A stretch of 64,000 bases of DNA. It comes from Candidatus Latescibacterota bacterium (GTDB lineage Bacteria > Latescibacterota > UBA2968 > GCA-2709665). The notes under the pieces were generated by a model, which was not told the DNA's origin, made no database searches, and was given only the letters and a program-made list of their open reading frames with translations. Position numbers and translations under genes: made by a program. Positions 39,470 to 50,219 of this stretch are shown in pieces. Position 1 is the first letter of the stretch. Every line of letters starts with the position of its first letter. The stretch is from positions 4,416,001-4,480,000 of the forward strand of contig OZ242180.1 in assembly GCA_965205485.1 (NCBI GenBank), read 5' to 3'.

Positions 39470-42400
39470 TCAGAAAAGAGCCCGCATTTCCATGCGCCCG
39501 AGATGCAGGAGGGATCTTCCGGGACGCTTGCGACCGTCGTAAAGGGCCATGGCCGTCAGATACCGGCCCAGCCGGTAGTCAACGCCCAGACGCCAGCCCA
39601 CATTGTTTCCCACCCGGTTTCCGTCGGCCATTCTCAGAAACAACGGCATGGGTCCCGAACCGAGAACACGGGTCCAATCACAGGATACCCTCAACCGCCC
39701 ACGGCCGGGAAGGGCGCGCCGGATTTCCGGACGGACGGACACAAAGCGGGCAACCAGCGCCCGGTTCTCCTCCCGGTCCCTGCCGACAGACAGTTCCACG
39801 CGGGTCTGCAACGACCTGGGCGGGTTCCGGTACCCGTTCATTGAAATCCGGCGCGATCGGATCCGGTAGAAAAAGGGTCCGTCACCGGGCCGGTCGCGCG
39901 TCTCACCGTGCAGCTCCAGCTCCAGGGATGACGTCCTCCCAAGCGCGAACCGTCCCAGCGCCGACGCCTGCGAACTCGTCTCCAGCGCACCGCCCGTGAA
40001 GTCCCGGTCCACGCGGGAACCCCGGCGGGCGGATAGACGCAGCGTGGCGGGACGGCCGTATCGAAACAGGTAGAGCCGCGTCCTCAGTTCGCGCCGGCCG
40101 TTCAGCATCCCCTCCCCGTAACCGAAACCGTACAGGTTCCAGGGCGCCACGCCGGCATTGCCCGGCGGCGCCTGACGGTCGGCTTCCAGCGACATGTCGA
40201 GCGACAGGCCTGAGAGAAGTCGCAGCCACCTCCCATTCGGAGATCGCAGCAAACGCTTGAATACAAGTTCAGTCCGCGCCGCAAGAGCCGCGTCACGCAC
40301 GGGGCGGAACCCAACGGACGGACTGAAGAACCGCACGTACTCGCCATCCGTGTCGGCCACGAATTCCTCAGGATCCCGGCGCCCGTCGCCGTCCACGTCT
40401 TCCCACACATGCGTGCCTCTGCCGCGTCCGACGTCGATAAACACCGGCTCACCGTCCGGCGCCCCGGTACTGGAGATTCGATAAAAGAATCTGTGCGAAA
40501 CCGCGCCGTTCAGGACGTCGTACCCCCATCGTACGCGGGCAAGGTCCGTAATCCGCCCGTTCTGAGGATACAGGGGCGAACTCGTCCTGCTCCTGCTGTA
40601 TTCCCCGGAAAACGACAGCCCGCGCCAGCCGGACATCGAGGCGCGGTGGGTCGTCGTCCATGCCCGCAGGCTGTCCTGCCACGCCCGCTCCAGGAGGTGT
40701 ATCCTCCGGATTGAAATCTCCGAGGTCCATGCCAGCGCGTCCATCACGCGTGTGGAGAGGTCCATCGCCCCCGCCCGGATGCGTATTCCGCGATGTGCGG
40801 AATCGGGCGCGGTGGCGTAGAACAGCGTGGAATGAGGTACCGACGACCCAGTTACCGTTTCCGACTCGATACGAAACCCCGGCGAAATCCCTCGCACACG
40901 CGTCCGGATGCGTCCCCGATGCCGGGCCAACATTCCAGACCCGTGGGACACCTCGTCGAATCGATAGAATACCTGGGGCCCGCGCGCATCGGAAATCTGC
41001 AGCCCGACGTCGCGCCGGACCGCGTTCACCTTTCCGTGGCGCCTGCCGTAGCCGGCGTCGACCCGGATGCCGGGCCTCAGGGCGTACTGCAATGCGACTT
41101 CGCCCATCCGGTCTCCGGCCTGCGGACCGTCGGCCTGCCAGCCCCACCGCCCCTCGCGCGTTATCCTCACGGGCCTCTCGATGCCGCGGAACTGCGCGCC
41201 GATCTGCCTGAATGCCCCGGTCAGTCGAAACCGCCCGATGCCATATCCGCCCAGACGCAGCGCGTCCGGCCACAGATCCAGTCCCAGCCTGAACGCGCGG
41301 CCACGCCGCTGCTGATGCGCGTCCACCTGCGCGGGCGCGTGGCTCAGCGCCAGTTCGCCGTCGAACCGTACGCCACCAACCGGTTCATACGCCGCGTCCA
41401 TCACAGCCAGTTGATGTCGAACCGGATGAAAAGGAGGTGCGGAAACGCCGACACCCGGGACCGGTCCGTCGCGGTCAGCCTCCCGTATGAACGTGCCACC
41501 CAGCTTCAGCCGGTCGCCGGAAAGCGCGAGCGTGCCGCGCGCGCCCACCAGACGCCGGCGCGAACCGGGCGCCTCGTACTGGTACTCCACGGTAATGCGG
41601 CTCTGTCCGGTTACCGGCCTGACGGGGGTAAACGTGATTGTGGACATTTCGTAGTCCACGACGTAGTCCTGGCTTTCGCCACGCCGCAACCGACGTCCGT
41701 CCTGCCAGACCCGTTCCGAACCCGCTACAATCCGTCCGCCCGCCGACCCGGCGTCGCCGGGCAACCGGTACGGGCCCTGATATCCTTCGACGGGAATGAG
41801 TCGGTGGCTGATCCAGCGTCCATCCGCGGCGGCCCCGAAGACTTTCAGGTCGGTCCCGGAAGACGAAAACGCGACGTGTGCGCCCTGAAGTCTGCGGCGG
41901 TACCTCCCGAACGCGGTGCCGTCAAACGCAACGTCCAGATCGCCGAGCGATGCGGATAACTTCCGTGAACGGACCTGAAACATCACGCGGTCCAACTCCT
42001 GCAGGCTGCGTGTGCTTCCGTCGAACCCCAATGGAAGGTTCCGGTCGGACAGCAGAGCGGTTACTTTGACGCCGTCCGCCATCTCTCCCGTAATGTGGAC
42101 CCGCAGCGCCTGGCTGAGCTCCAGATCGCGATTCCCGCCAACGGAGACCTGAATTCGCTTGGAGCCACCCACGTCGAGACGTGACTGCGCCTCGCCGTAC
42201 GCCTCGGGCGCCTTCGCTTTCGCGCGTCGCCACCGGCGGCTGGCCAGGGCCGGCCGTACCGGCGCCGGTTGGATGTCTCGTTCTCGACGCCTGTAAACCC
42301 GGGACAGCACCCGTGGCATCTGCCGGAACCGGACCAGTATCTCGACGCCGCGCGGCCGCGCCCGAGCCAGCACCAGCAACCCGTCGGCGTCGTCCATGGT

Positions 42401-42625
42401 GTAGTCCGCGTCCCTGACGAGCAGGCTGTCCCCCACCCAGACCCGTTCGCTGTCCTTCAGAATGGGCCGGTCCGAAATACGAAAGGGCCCACGGCCGCCG
42501 TCCGCCCGAATGGTCCGTTCCATGTCGAAGACGGTCAGCCGTTCAGGCGGCGGCGCCGCACCTGCCGTGGTGAACAGGCCGGCGCAGATTATGAAGGCCT
42601 GCCGGATGGAAACGCTTTTGAGCAT
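39470..42625 (-). CDS. Large (about 1050 aa) putative outer-membrane beta-barrel protein of unknown function
   Basis: Signal-peptide-like start; two IxxxSERV/DYxxD modules; DVDGDGRRD loop; C-terminal MEMRALF; start uncertain. Confidence 0.65.
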   Translation of the reverse strand: MLKSVSIRQAFIICAGLFTTAGAAPPPERLTVFDMERTIRADGGRGPFRISDRPILKDSERVWVGDSLLVRDADYTMDDADGLLVLARARPRGVEILVRFRQMPRVLSRVYRRRERDIQPAPVRPALASRRWRRAKAKAPEAYGEAQSRLDVGGSKRIQVSVGGNRDLELSQALRVHITGEMADGVKVTALLSDRNLPLGFDGSTRSLQELDRVMFQVRSRKLSASLGDLDVAFDGTAFGRYRRRLQGAHVAFSSSGTDLKVFGAAADGRWISHRLIPVEGYQGPYRLPGDAGSAGGRIVAGSERVWQDGRRLRRGESQDYVVDYEMSTITFTPVRPVTGQSRITVEYQYEAPGSRRRLVGARGTLALSGDRLKLGGTFIREADRDGPVPGVGVSAPPFHPVRHQLAVMDAAYEPVGGVRFDGELALSHAPAQVDAHQQRRGRAFRLGLDLWPDALRLGGYGIGRFRLTGAFRQIGAQFRGIERPVRITREGRWGWQADGPQAGDRMGEVALQYALRPGIRVDAGYGRRHGKVNAVRRDVGLQISDARGPQVFYRFDEVSHGSGMLARHRGRIRTRVRGISPGFRIESETVTGSSVPHSTLFYATAPDSAHRGIRIRAGAMDLSTRVMDALAWTSEISIRRIHLLERAWQDSLRAWTTTHRASMSGWRGLSFSGEYSRSRTSSPLYPQNGRITDLARVRWGYDVLNGAVSHRFFYRISSTGAPDGEPVFIDVGRGRGTHVWEDVDGDGRRDPEEFVADTDGEYVRFFSPSVGFRPVRDAALAARTELVFKRLLRSPNGRWLRLLSGLSLDMSLEADRQAPPGNAGVAPWNLYGFGYGEGMLNGRRELRTRLYLFRYGRPATLRLSARRGSRVDRDFTGGALETSSQASALGRFALGRTSSLELELHGETRDRPGDGPFFYRIRSRRISMNGYRNPPRSLQTRVELSVGRDREENRALVARFVSVRPEIRRALPGRGRLRVSCDWTRVLGSGPMPLFLRMADGNRVGNNVGWRLGVDYRLGRYLTAMALYDGRKRPGRSLLHLGRMEMRALF

Positions 42626-42728
42626 AAAAAAAGGGTCCGACGTCAGGAAAGCCGGGTTCTGACCCTGGCCCTCAAGACCCCGCGGCCCCTCCTTCCGAAT
42701 CCTGATTGGGACGTTCGGACTGAACACC

Positions 42729-43691
42729 CTACCTTCTGCTGATCAGCATTTCGAACTTCTGAATGCGATGGTTGCCGCCGTCCAGAACAAAGAGGAACTT
42801 CCCGCCGCCGAATGCCACGTCCGACGGCGCTCTGAATGCGCCCGGCCCCCCTCCGGCATCGGGCCCGCCGATCAGCAAGGCCACCTCCCCCGTCCGAAGG
42901 TCCAATACCACGATGCGGTGATGTCCGGTGTCGGCCACAAACAATACGTCCTCGGGCCCCGTGCACACACCGGCGGGTTCGGAGAGCGACCCTTCCGCCA
43001 GACTCATCCTGAAACTTCCGTACCGGTCGAATATCGCGACCCGATCGTTTTCGCTGTCACAGACGTAGACTTCGTTCTTCTGTCCGACGGCGAGACCAAG
43101 AGGACGCCGAAGCCGGTCGGCGCCATAACCGTACCCCCCGAACTGGGTGTCCAAAGGGCTGTAATCGCTGATCTGTACAACCTGGTCCGCATCGGTATCC
43201 GACACGTAAAGCTCACCGTCTTCGGATACCGCGATCCCGCCGAGTGTCCCCAACCTGATCGGACCGTCGACGTCCCGCCCTCCGACCACACCCAACAGGC
43301 GGAAGTGCGGGCTGAAGATCTGGATGCGGTTGTTCCTACCGTCCGCGACACACACCTCCAGCCCGCCCCTTCCCACCGCAACCCCCGCCGGCTGGCTGAA
43401 TTGACCGGGGTCCCAGCCAAAGGTGCCCACTTCCGACATATACGTCCCGTCCGTGTCGAACTTCTGAATGCGGTCGTTTCCGGTATCGGCCACGTAAAGA
43501 TTGCCGAAAGCGTCCAGGGCGATGGCGGACGGTTCGTGAAAGTGCCCGATCCCGCCCCCCTTCTGGCCGAAAGCCGAGGTAAAGCGGAAGGCAACCGTCA
43601 GTCTGGACGGTGCTTTCTTCTCCTCCGGGACGCCCGGAACGGCCATACCCATCGACATACAGAAAACAAGGACCCGCAGTCGCATTTTCAT
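42729..43691 (-). CDS. Exported NHL-repeat protein
   Basis: Six repeats such as YVADTGNDRIQKF and FVADTGHHRI. Confidence 0.9.
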   Translation of the reverse strand: MKMRLRVLVFCMSMGMAVPGVPEEKKAPSRLTVAFRFTSAFGQKGGGIGHFHEPSAIALDAFGNLYVADTGNDRIQKFDTDGTYMSEVGTFGWDPGQFSQPAGVAVGRGGLEVCVADGRNNRIQIFSPHFRLLGVVGGRDVDGPIRLGTLGGIAVSEDGELYVSDTDADQVVQISDYSPLDTQFGGYGYGADRLRRPLGLAVGQKNEVYVCDSENDRVAIFDRYGSFRMSLAEGSLSEPAGVCTGPEDVLFVADTGHHRIVVLDLRTGEVALLIGGPDAGGGPGAFRAPSDVAFGGGKFLFVLDGGNHRIQKFEMLISRR

Positions 43692-43806
43692 CCTTCCGAC
43701 GCGTAACCGATTCCACTGACGGTCAGCGCCCCACACGAAAGGCGTTTGCCGATCAGAAATGTGCGCCAAGAATGGTGATCGTTTATGTTTCTTAAACTGA
43801 AACAGG

Positions 43807-45033
43807 CTACAGCCTCAGTTTTCTCTCGATGCTCTCCACGGCCGACTCGATGTCCTCACGGTGTCCGAATGCGCTCAATCTGAAGAAACCCTCGCCGCTG
43901 GGGCCAAATCCCGCCCCCGGCGTCCCGACGACGCGCGCCTCGGAAAGCAACTTGTCGAAGAATTCCCACGAACCCATGCCCCCGGGCGTCTTCATCCAGA
44001 GATACGGCGCGTGGACCCCGCCGTAGACCGTCAGTCCCATCCCTTCCAGTCCCGAACGGATGCGCGCGGCGTTGGCCATATAATACGCGACCATCGCGGC
44101 GCACTCCGCCTTTCCCGCCTCCGTAAACACCGCCAGTCCGCCGCCCTGCACGATATTGGAGGCGCCGTTGAACATCGTATTCTGACGTCTGCGCCAGAGC
44201 CCGTTCACAACGCCGGGCCCGGCGTCTTCCACGGCGAGTTCCCGGGGGACGACCGTCCAGCCCAGCCGTACACCCGTAAAACCGGTATCCTTGGAAAAGC
44301 TGTTGATCTCGATCGCGCAGGAACTTGCGCCGTCGACCTCGAAGATGCTGTGCGGCACCTCGGGATCCGAAATATAGGCGCAGTACGCCGCGTCAAAGAT
44401 GATCACCGCCCGGTGTTCGCGGGCATAGTCTACAAACGTCTGAAGCTGACTCGCGGTTGCAACGGACCCGATCGGGTTGTTCGGGCTGCAGATGTAGATC
44501 AGATCCACCTTGTCCGCCGGCAGTTCGGGAAAGAAGCCGTTCGCCTCGGTGCAGGGCATGTATACGATTCCCTCGTACTGACCCGCCTCCGCCTTCCCCG
44601 TGCGACCGGCGATTACGTTGCTGTCCACGTAGACCGGATAGGCCGGGTCCTGCACCGCCACCACGTTGTCCACGCCGAAAATGGACTGAATATTCGCGGA
44701 ATCGGGCTTTCCGCCGTCGCTCACGAATATCTCGTCCGGATCCAGAGTAATGCCGCGCTCCGCGTATCGGCCGGCGATCGCCTCTCTGAGAGGCAACTCG
44801 CCTTCGCTCCCGTCCGCATAACCGGTATAGGTCTCGACGGCCGCGAGCTTTTCCACGGCCTGATGCAATCCGGCAATCACACTCGGCGGCAGCGGCTCGG
44901 TGGTGTTTCCGATGCCGAGGCGCATCACTTCGGCGTCGGGATGATCGTCCAGATAGGCACCGGTCCGCCTCGCGATTTCCGGGAAGAGATAGCCGGCCGA
45001 GAGTTTGTTGTAGTTGGAATTGATGGTCGCCAT
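43807..45033 (-). CDS. dapL: LL-diaminopimelate aminotransferase
   Basis: YLFPEI, DPAYPVYVDSN, SPNNP, DAAY, SFSK..GFTGVR, PGAGFGPSGEGF. Confidence 0.95.
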   Translation of the reverse strand: MATINSNYNKLSAGYLFPEIARRTGAYLDDHPDAEVMRLGIGNTTEPLPPSVIAGLHQAVEKLAAVETYTGYADGSEGELPLREAIAGRYAERGITLDPDEIFVSDGGKPDSANIQSIFGVDNVVAVQDPAYPVYVDSNVIAGRTGKAEAGQYEGIVYMPCTEANGFFPELPADKVDLIYICSPNNPIGSVATASQLQTFVDYAREHRAVIIFDAAYCAYISDPEVPHSIFEVDGASSCAIEINSFSKDTGFTGVRLGWTVVPRELAVEDAGPGVVNGLWRRRQNTMFNGASNIVQGGGLAVFTEAGKAECAAMVAYYMANAARIRSGLEGMGLTVYGGVHAPYLWMKTPGGMGSWEFFDKLLSEARVVGTPGAGFGPSGEGFFRLSAFGHREDIESAVESIERKLRL

Positions 45034-45163
45034 CTTATCAGATTTCCTCCCCTTTGTGTTTTGGATCGTGATCGTCACCAGCCGTACCAGACGGATGTAA
45101 CTCCGCCTTGCACGGATACCGGCGATCGGAGATTCCGAACAATATACACGTGAGCCTCGGAAA

Positions 45164-45484
45164 TTACAGCCCTAACTGGGCCGTTATCACGCGTTCCACA
45201 CTTTCCATATCCGAAAAGGAGATTCGCCCTTGAAGCGCAGTTAACCGGTGTTTGCTTACCGTTGTCAACTGATCGGCCATCGCCTTGCTTCTTTCTTCAC
45301 TCACAGTCACATAGGCTTCACTGGGATAGAGGCGATCGAGATTGCTCGTTAACGGCACGACCTGAACACGATTCAGATGCCTGTTGGATGCGTCGTTACT
45401 CACGATAATCGCGGGACGTCTCTTGCGGACTTCGCCGCCAAAGGACGGGTTGAAATTCACCCACCATACTTCACCTCTGAGCAT
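45164..45484 (-). CDS. mazF: Type II TA toxin, PemK/MazF family
   Basis: [36 protein letters not shown]. Confidence 0.93.
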   Translation of the reverse strand: MLRGEVWWVNFNPSFGGEVRKRRPAIIVSNDASNRHLNRVQVVPLTSNLDRLYPSEAYVTVSEERSKAMADQLTTVSKHRLTALQGRISFSDMESVERVITAQLGL

Positions 45485-45701
45485 CGAATGCGTCCCCCAC
45501 GGTTGCTTCCGCCCATTCCGCGGCTTCGGCTTCCCGTTCCTCGTCGATCGCCATCTCCGCGTATGCCTTCTCGAGGTCGGGGCGAAGCACGTGCGGGCGC
45601 ACCAGCGTTTCTACGAAGCGGCTGATGCGGCGTCGGCCGATGATCTGATGCAGGCCTTCATACACTTCTTCATCAATGGTGATGGTCAACTTTTTCCGCA
45701 T
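45471..45701 (-). CDS. Cognate antitoxin (RHH-like N-terminus, acidic C-terminus)
   Basis: KKLTITID start; overlaps toxin start by 14 nt. Confidence 0.85.
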   Translation of the reverse strand: MRKKLTITIDEEVYEGLHQIIGRRRISRFVETLVRPHVLRPDLEKAYAEMAIDEEREAEAAEWAEATVGDAFDAQR

Positions 45702-45736
45702 TTGTATTTCCCCGTTTCAGACGGCACGGAAACCAT

Positions 45737-45759
45737 TTATACGTGTATTATACGTATAA
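45737..45759. promoter_or_regulatory. Tandem palindromic operator upstream of the TA pair
   Basis: TTATACGTGTA next to perfect TTATACGTATAA. Confidence 0.6.
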
Positions 45760-45843
45760 GAATTTCCGGTGACGATGTCAAGTCCGACGACAACCATCGG
45801 AAGGCCGGATTCGTCGTTGCAAACGCCATCTATACGGCCTGCG

Positions 45844-46227
45844 CTATTTGGTCTCGACAAAGGCCAGAATAAACCCGTCGGGATCCGAGACGTAGAATTC
45901 ATGGCCGTAGGGCATCTCCCTGAGCGGCTGTGTGAACGGCACGGACTTGCTTTGCGCTTCCTTGTACGCGGTCCGGATATCGTCTACCGTAAACGTGACG
46001 TCCAGGTGCTCGTTCTCCAGACGGAATTCCCTCTCGCCGCGCGGCGCGTCGGCGAGTTTCAGATGGATCGAGTGACCGTCCCGCACGATTCCCGCGTAGA
46101 AATCTTCATACCGGAAGTCCAGGTCGAATCCGAGTTGTTGAGTATAGAATCCGATCGAACAGTCCAGATCGGCGACAAGGAATTGAGGGCTCATGCCTGT
46201 CAGTTTCGCGGAGGGTGTCATATTCAT
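45844..46227 (-). CDS. VOC/glyoxalase-bleomycin-resistance family protein
   Basis: FYTQQLGF, EFYVSDPDG. Confidence 0.88.
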   Translation of the reverse strand: MNMTPSAKLTGMSPQFLVADLDCSIGFYTQQLGFDLDFRYEDFYAGIVRDGHSIHLKLADAPRGEREFRLENEHLDVTFTVDDIRTAYKEAQSKSVPFTQPLREMPYGHEFYVSDPDGFILAFVETK

Positions 46228-46323
46228 GAGTCTCCCTTCGGAGGTATCGGATTAGCCGCGTCTTTCGGGGCTCGACTGGCTTAGAATGACGTACCGGCCC
46301 ATAGTCAAGCACGTAATTCCCGC

Positions 46324-46454
46324 TGTCACCCTGAGGAGGCCGTCAGGCAGTCGAAGGATCTACTGCAGCAATGGATCATCCCCTCGCGACTTGCACATGG
46401 CGACGCCTGAGAGACAGCACGTCCGCCTCCCACTTCGCTCCGCTCAGAATGACA
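46324..46454. repeat. REP-like element (TGTCA..CTGAG..CGAAGGATCT / CTTCGCT..GCTCAGAATGACA type)
   Basis: Imperfect terminal inverted arms in an intergenic region. Confidence 0.6.
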
Positions 46455-46690
46455 TGCCTTGCAACAGCCAGTGGCGAAATGTGTCGGTCAGGCGTCGGCA
46501 TGAACTGGCATCCTGTCGAACCCGCCGGGCTGTCGAGATTACCCAATTGCATGGGTGTCAGGTATTGGGTACAATAAAGCGCCCGGATTCAACCGCGTCA
46601 AGCGGCAGATCGCAACAGAACGTGCGCATACGTCGCGCACTCGTCGCGAGTGTGATCGGAAAAACGGAGGCCCGCCGCAATGGAGGACCG

Positions 46691-47695
46691 ATGACCTGGG
46701 GAAGAATCTACCTGTGGATTGCAATTCTGATCTTCGCCGCCGCCGCATCGGTCGTGGCCCGCCTGGTTGAAATCGGTCAGGCGAACCTGATCGACGGCCG
46801 CAATCCCATTTCCTTCTGTAACCTGCTCTTCGCCGGAAACCTCGTGGCGGCGTTGACCCTGTTCGCCCTCAATCAACGGGAATGGCGCCCCTCCCGTCTG
46901 CGAAGGCTGTCGCGCCGACAGTGGCTGGTTCAGACGATCCTGGCGCTAACGTCGGGCGCGGTCGCGCCAGCCATGATGTTTACGGCCATCGCGCGCACCT
47001 CGGTCACCAATATCGTCCTGATCGAGACGATAGAAATCCCGCTTGTCCTTTTGCTGGCCTGGGTTTTTTATCGGGAGAAATCGAGCGGAACCGCCGTATT
47101 CGGAGCGTTGTGTGCGGTCGGGGGCGTTGCGGCAACGCTATTGCTGCAGACGGACGCGTCGCCGGAAAGCATGGCGGCGGCGCGAATGCGGGGCGGCGTG
47201 GGCAGCGGTGAGGTCTTCGCTGCGGCCGCGACCGTCCTGCTGGTGTGCGGCGCGGAGATCGGCCGAAAGCAGCTTCAGACGATCCCCCTGGGTATCTTCA
47301 GCGTCTACCGGAACCTGCTGGGCGCAGTCTTCTTTCTCGCAATCGGGCTCTACCTGTTCGGCATCGAGCACTTCGCGGACGTCTTCTCGCCGGTGCTTTG
47401 GGGCTGGATGGTCCTCTATGGCGGCATCGTGGTGGCCTGCGGGCAGCTGGCGTGGTTTTCCGGCATCAAACGCGTGCGCCCCGCCGACATCGCCACCGCG
47501 TCGTCCTTCTCTCCGGTGGCCGGCGTACTCTTCGCAGGGCTTATCCTGGGCGAGGTGCCCATGCCGGCGCAACTCATCGGCGGCGGCATCATCCTCACGG
47601 GAATCGCGATCGCGCTGTGGGGCGAGTTGCGCGGCGAGCGCTCCTCACGGCCGGCCGTAAATGAGGACAAGGTCAAAGCGTTCACCGGCGTCTGA
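46691..47695 (+). CDS. DMT/EamA family transporter
   Basis: About 10 TM in two EamA halves; LILGE..QLIGG; GGAGG RBS. Confidence 0.88.
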   Translation: MTWGRIYLWIAILIFAAAASVVARLVEIGQANLIDGRNPISFCNLLFAGNLVAALTLFALNQREWRPSRLRRLSRRQWLVQTILALTSGAVAPAMMFTAIARTSVTNIVLIETIEIPLVLLLAWVFYREKSSGTAVFGALCAVGGVAATLLLQTDASPESMAAARMRGGVGSGEVFAAAATVLLVCGAEIGRKQLQTIPLGIFSVYRNLLGAVFFLAIGLYLFGIEHFADVFSPVLWGWMVLYGGIVVACGQLAWFSGIKRVRPADIATASSFSPVAGVLFAGLILGEVPMPAQLIGGGIILTGIAIALWGELRGERSSRPAVNEDKVKAFTGV

Positions 47696-47743
47696 ACCGA
47701 AACCTGAAGATGGCGCCCATTTCGGCAGGATGACAATAGAAAG

Positions 47744-47836
47744 GGGGCAGACAGGAATGTCCGCCCCACCCTCACGTGCGTGTTCTCAATGGCCCGACTG
47801 CGCCGCCAGGCGTGGGGGCGACCGGCCGGTCGCCCC
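47744..47836. repeat. Two different REP-like hairpins
   Basis: ggggcagacaggaatgtccgcccc and perfect palindrome ggggcgaccggccggtcgcccc; a half copy of the first at about 37720-37733. Confidence 0.65.
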
Positions 47837-47839
47837 GGT

Positions 47840-48256
47840 TTATCGGGTTGTCGCCAAAGGTCCACTCAGGCTGTCCACGACGGCCTTGAGTTTCCGGTAG
47901 GCGGTCTCCGGATCGAAACCGGCCATTCGGTAACGGACAATCCCCTCCTTGTCCGCGACCAGCGTTACCGGCAGAGATTTCGTCCCGGTCTTCACATATA
48001 GACTCTGTTCTTTGCTGTCCCAGGCGGTTTCAAACGTATCCTCGTACTTGCTCGCGGTTTTTCGAACGAGGTTTGGTACCTGGTCTTTCGTGATACCCGG
48101 AACGGATTCAAGAGGGGTGTGAACGGCGATCACCTTAACTCCGCTTCCGGAAGTCTCTCTCGCGAGTCGGGCAATAACCGGCAACTCCGCCAGGCAGGGT
48201 CCGCACCAGATAGCCCAGGCGCGCTCGTCGACAGGCGAAATTGCGCTCGCAGCCGT
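47840..48256 (-). pseudogene. N-terminally truncated TlpA/thioredoxin-like gene
   Basis: In-frame WAIWCGPCLAELP upstream of the tracked TTG; no start codon between the upstream in-frame stop and the CxxC. Confidence 0.7.
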
Positions 48257-48267
48257 TCAGGCTGCTT

Positions 48268-49002
48268 TCAGGCCTTGGCGACGGTCTTCCTGGCCGTTTC
48301 GGCGGTCGTGTGGTAGTTCCAACCTCGCAACACCAGGTTCTCGCTGAACTGGTGGATGTCCTCCTTCCGATCTTTACCGGATAACATCCGCGCAATCACA
48401 ACCTTCCTCGGGTTTTCAGATCGGTTGGACGGCGAACCATGTACGATGAAGTAGTCAAAAAAAGTGACGTCGCCCGGCTCGGCCTCGATCGCGGTGGAAC
48501 CTTCAAACGGGAACCTTTCGTGGAACTCGGCATTCGTGGCGGTAGAGCCATCCACCCTGCCGTGTCTGTGCGAACCCGGATAGACTCTGAGGCAGCCCAT
48601 TTCTTCGGTGGCTTCGCTGATATGGATCATTCCCGCAATCATGGTGTTCTTCTCGGTTGGCAGATAGCTCCAGTCCTGGTGCATATGGAACGGCGTCGTA
48701 CCGGTTGTCATCCGCTTCTCGAAGAGCGTGGAATGGTTGAGTACGATGTCCGGACCGATGAGCTGTTCGACGATGTCGAGGAACTTCCTGTGAAGCAGGG
48801 CCGCCATCCACAAACCCGAATACTGCTGCACGTTGCGTGTGCCGAAGACACCGTTGTCGTTCGAAGCGCCCTCGGCGTCTTTGCCGAGCTGGCTGACAAT
48901 GCGATCGAATTCATTCTCAAGACGGCCGACTTCACCGGGCGAAAAGACGCCTTTGGCCAGGTAGTAGCCGTTTTCCTCAAAGAACGCGCGCGTTTCTCTC
49001 AT
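48268..49002 (-). CDS. Phytanoyl-CoA dioxygenase (PhyH) family
   Basis: FFEENGY, HQD, GCLRVYPGSH, PGDV..HGS. Confidence 0.9.
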   Translation of the reverse strand: MRETRAFFEENGYYLAKGVFSPGEVGRLENEFDRIVSQLGKDAEGASNDNGVFGTRNVQQYSGLWMAALLHRKFLDIVEQLIGPDIVLNHSTLFEKRMTTGTTPFHMHQDWSYLPTEKNTMIAGMIHISEATEEMGCLRVYPGSHRHGRVDGSTATNAEFHERFPFEGSTAIEAEPGDVTFFDYFIVHGSPSNRSENPRKVVIARMLSGKDRKEDIHQFSENLVLRGWNYHTTAETARKTVAKA

Positions 49003-49017
49003 CCTGCCCTCCGGTTT

Positions 49018-50044
49018 TCATTTGAGGCTAAGTTCAACTTCGCGGCCGGTGCGTGCGGATTTCTCGGACGCTTCGAGTACCTTGAGTACGTTCAGGCCGT
49101 GAACCTGCGGTATCGGCGTATCGTCGTCCCCGTTCGAGAGACTCGATAAAATCGGTGAATTCGTCCACCAGGCTGTCTCGAACGGGCACGGATTCGCGCC
49201 GCCATGTCCCGTCGGCCGTATCAGCGATGAACAGAGCCGGCGGGTCGCTGCCGCCGTAGGGCAGACGGAAGCGCGCCATGCCACGAGTGAAGAACCAGTC
49301 GCCGCCGTACTCCGTTGCCCCGCGCGCCCACGCAATGCGGCTGACTGCGGCGACGATCCCGCTCTTCCATCGGATAAAATACATGCCGGTATCGTCGCAG
49401 TCAATGGCCGGATGTTCGGACTTCGGAAACGTGAACTGCCCCTGCTGTGCCGAAACGGTCGCGACGTCGTTCCCGATAATCCAGAGCAGCCGGTCGATCT
49501 GGTGGGCGCCGTCCATCTGGCCCATGCCGCCGCCCCGCTCGCGGTCCAGCATCCACTCGGGCCGATTGTAGGGACCGTACGGCTTGTGCCACATGTCGTA
49601 GGCCATGATCACGGACCCCAGGTCGCCGCGGTCCACGATTTCCTTCATCGCCGCGACGGCAGGAAAGTAGCGTTGCGTGTGCGCCGTCATGAGCTTGACG
49701 CCGTTCTCCCTGGCCGCGGCCAGCATCTCCTCCGCCTGCCACGCCCACGCCGCGAGCGGCTTCTCCATGAAGATGTGCTTTCCCGCGGCCGCGGCATCCA
49801 GCGCCGCCTGGTAGTGGAGCCAGTGCGGCAGGGTCCCGATCACAACGTCAACGTCGTCGCGCTTCAGGGCTTCCCGGTAGTCTGCCACAAAGTCGACGCC
49901 CGGGTGCCGGCTCCGCCAGCGCGCGGCGGCATCCTCCCTGGGCTCGGCGACAACCTTTATGTCTGCGCCGGGGGTTTTCTTCACGACATCGATGTAACTG
50001 CCGCCGATGCGGCCGGTCCCCAGCACCGCGACGCCGAAAGACAT
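49018..50044 (-). CDS. Gfo/Idh/MocA oxidoreductase, frameshifted near 49127
   Basis: GTGRIG and EKP; the typical C-terminus VLEASEKSARTGREV lies in another frame ending at 49018. Confidence 0.85.
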
Positions 50045-50097
50045 GGGGCACGTTCCTTGAAAGGACGTTGCTTCCGGGAAAATGAGCGGCGGTACGA

Positions 50098-50219
50098 AAA
50101 TCCGCCCATATCCAATGTTCGTGGCTGCGCGCCCCTCGCCACTCTTGGGTGGATTTGACCAACGCCGACCGGCGCTTTTGCAGCCGTGCGAAGACCGCTG
50201 GGAATTTTAAGACAGCTTC
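50098..50219. mobile_element. Partial second copy of the 23633-23795 MITE
   Basis: 50152-50220 matches the reverse complement of the left arm with 3 mismatches; aatccgcccatat also shared; abuts the TGA of the Na/Pi gene. Confidence 0.75.
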
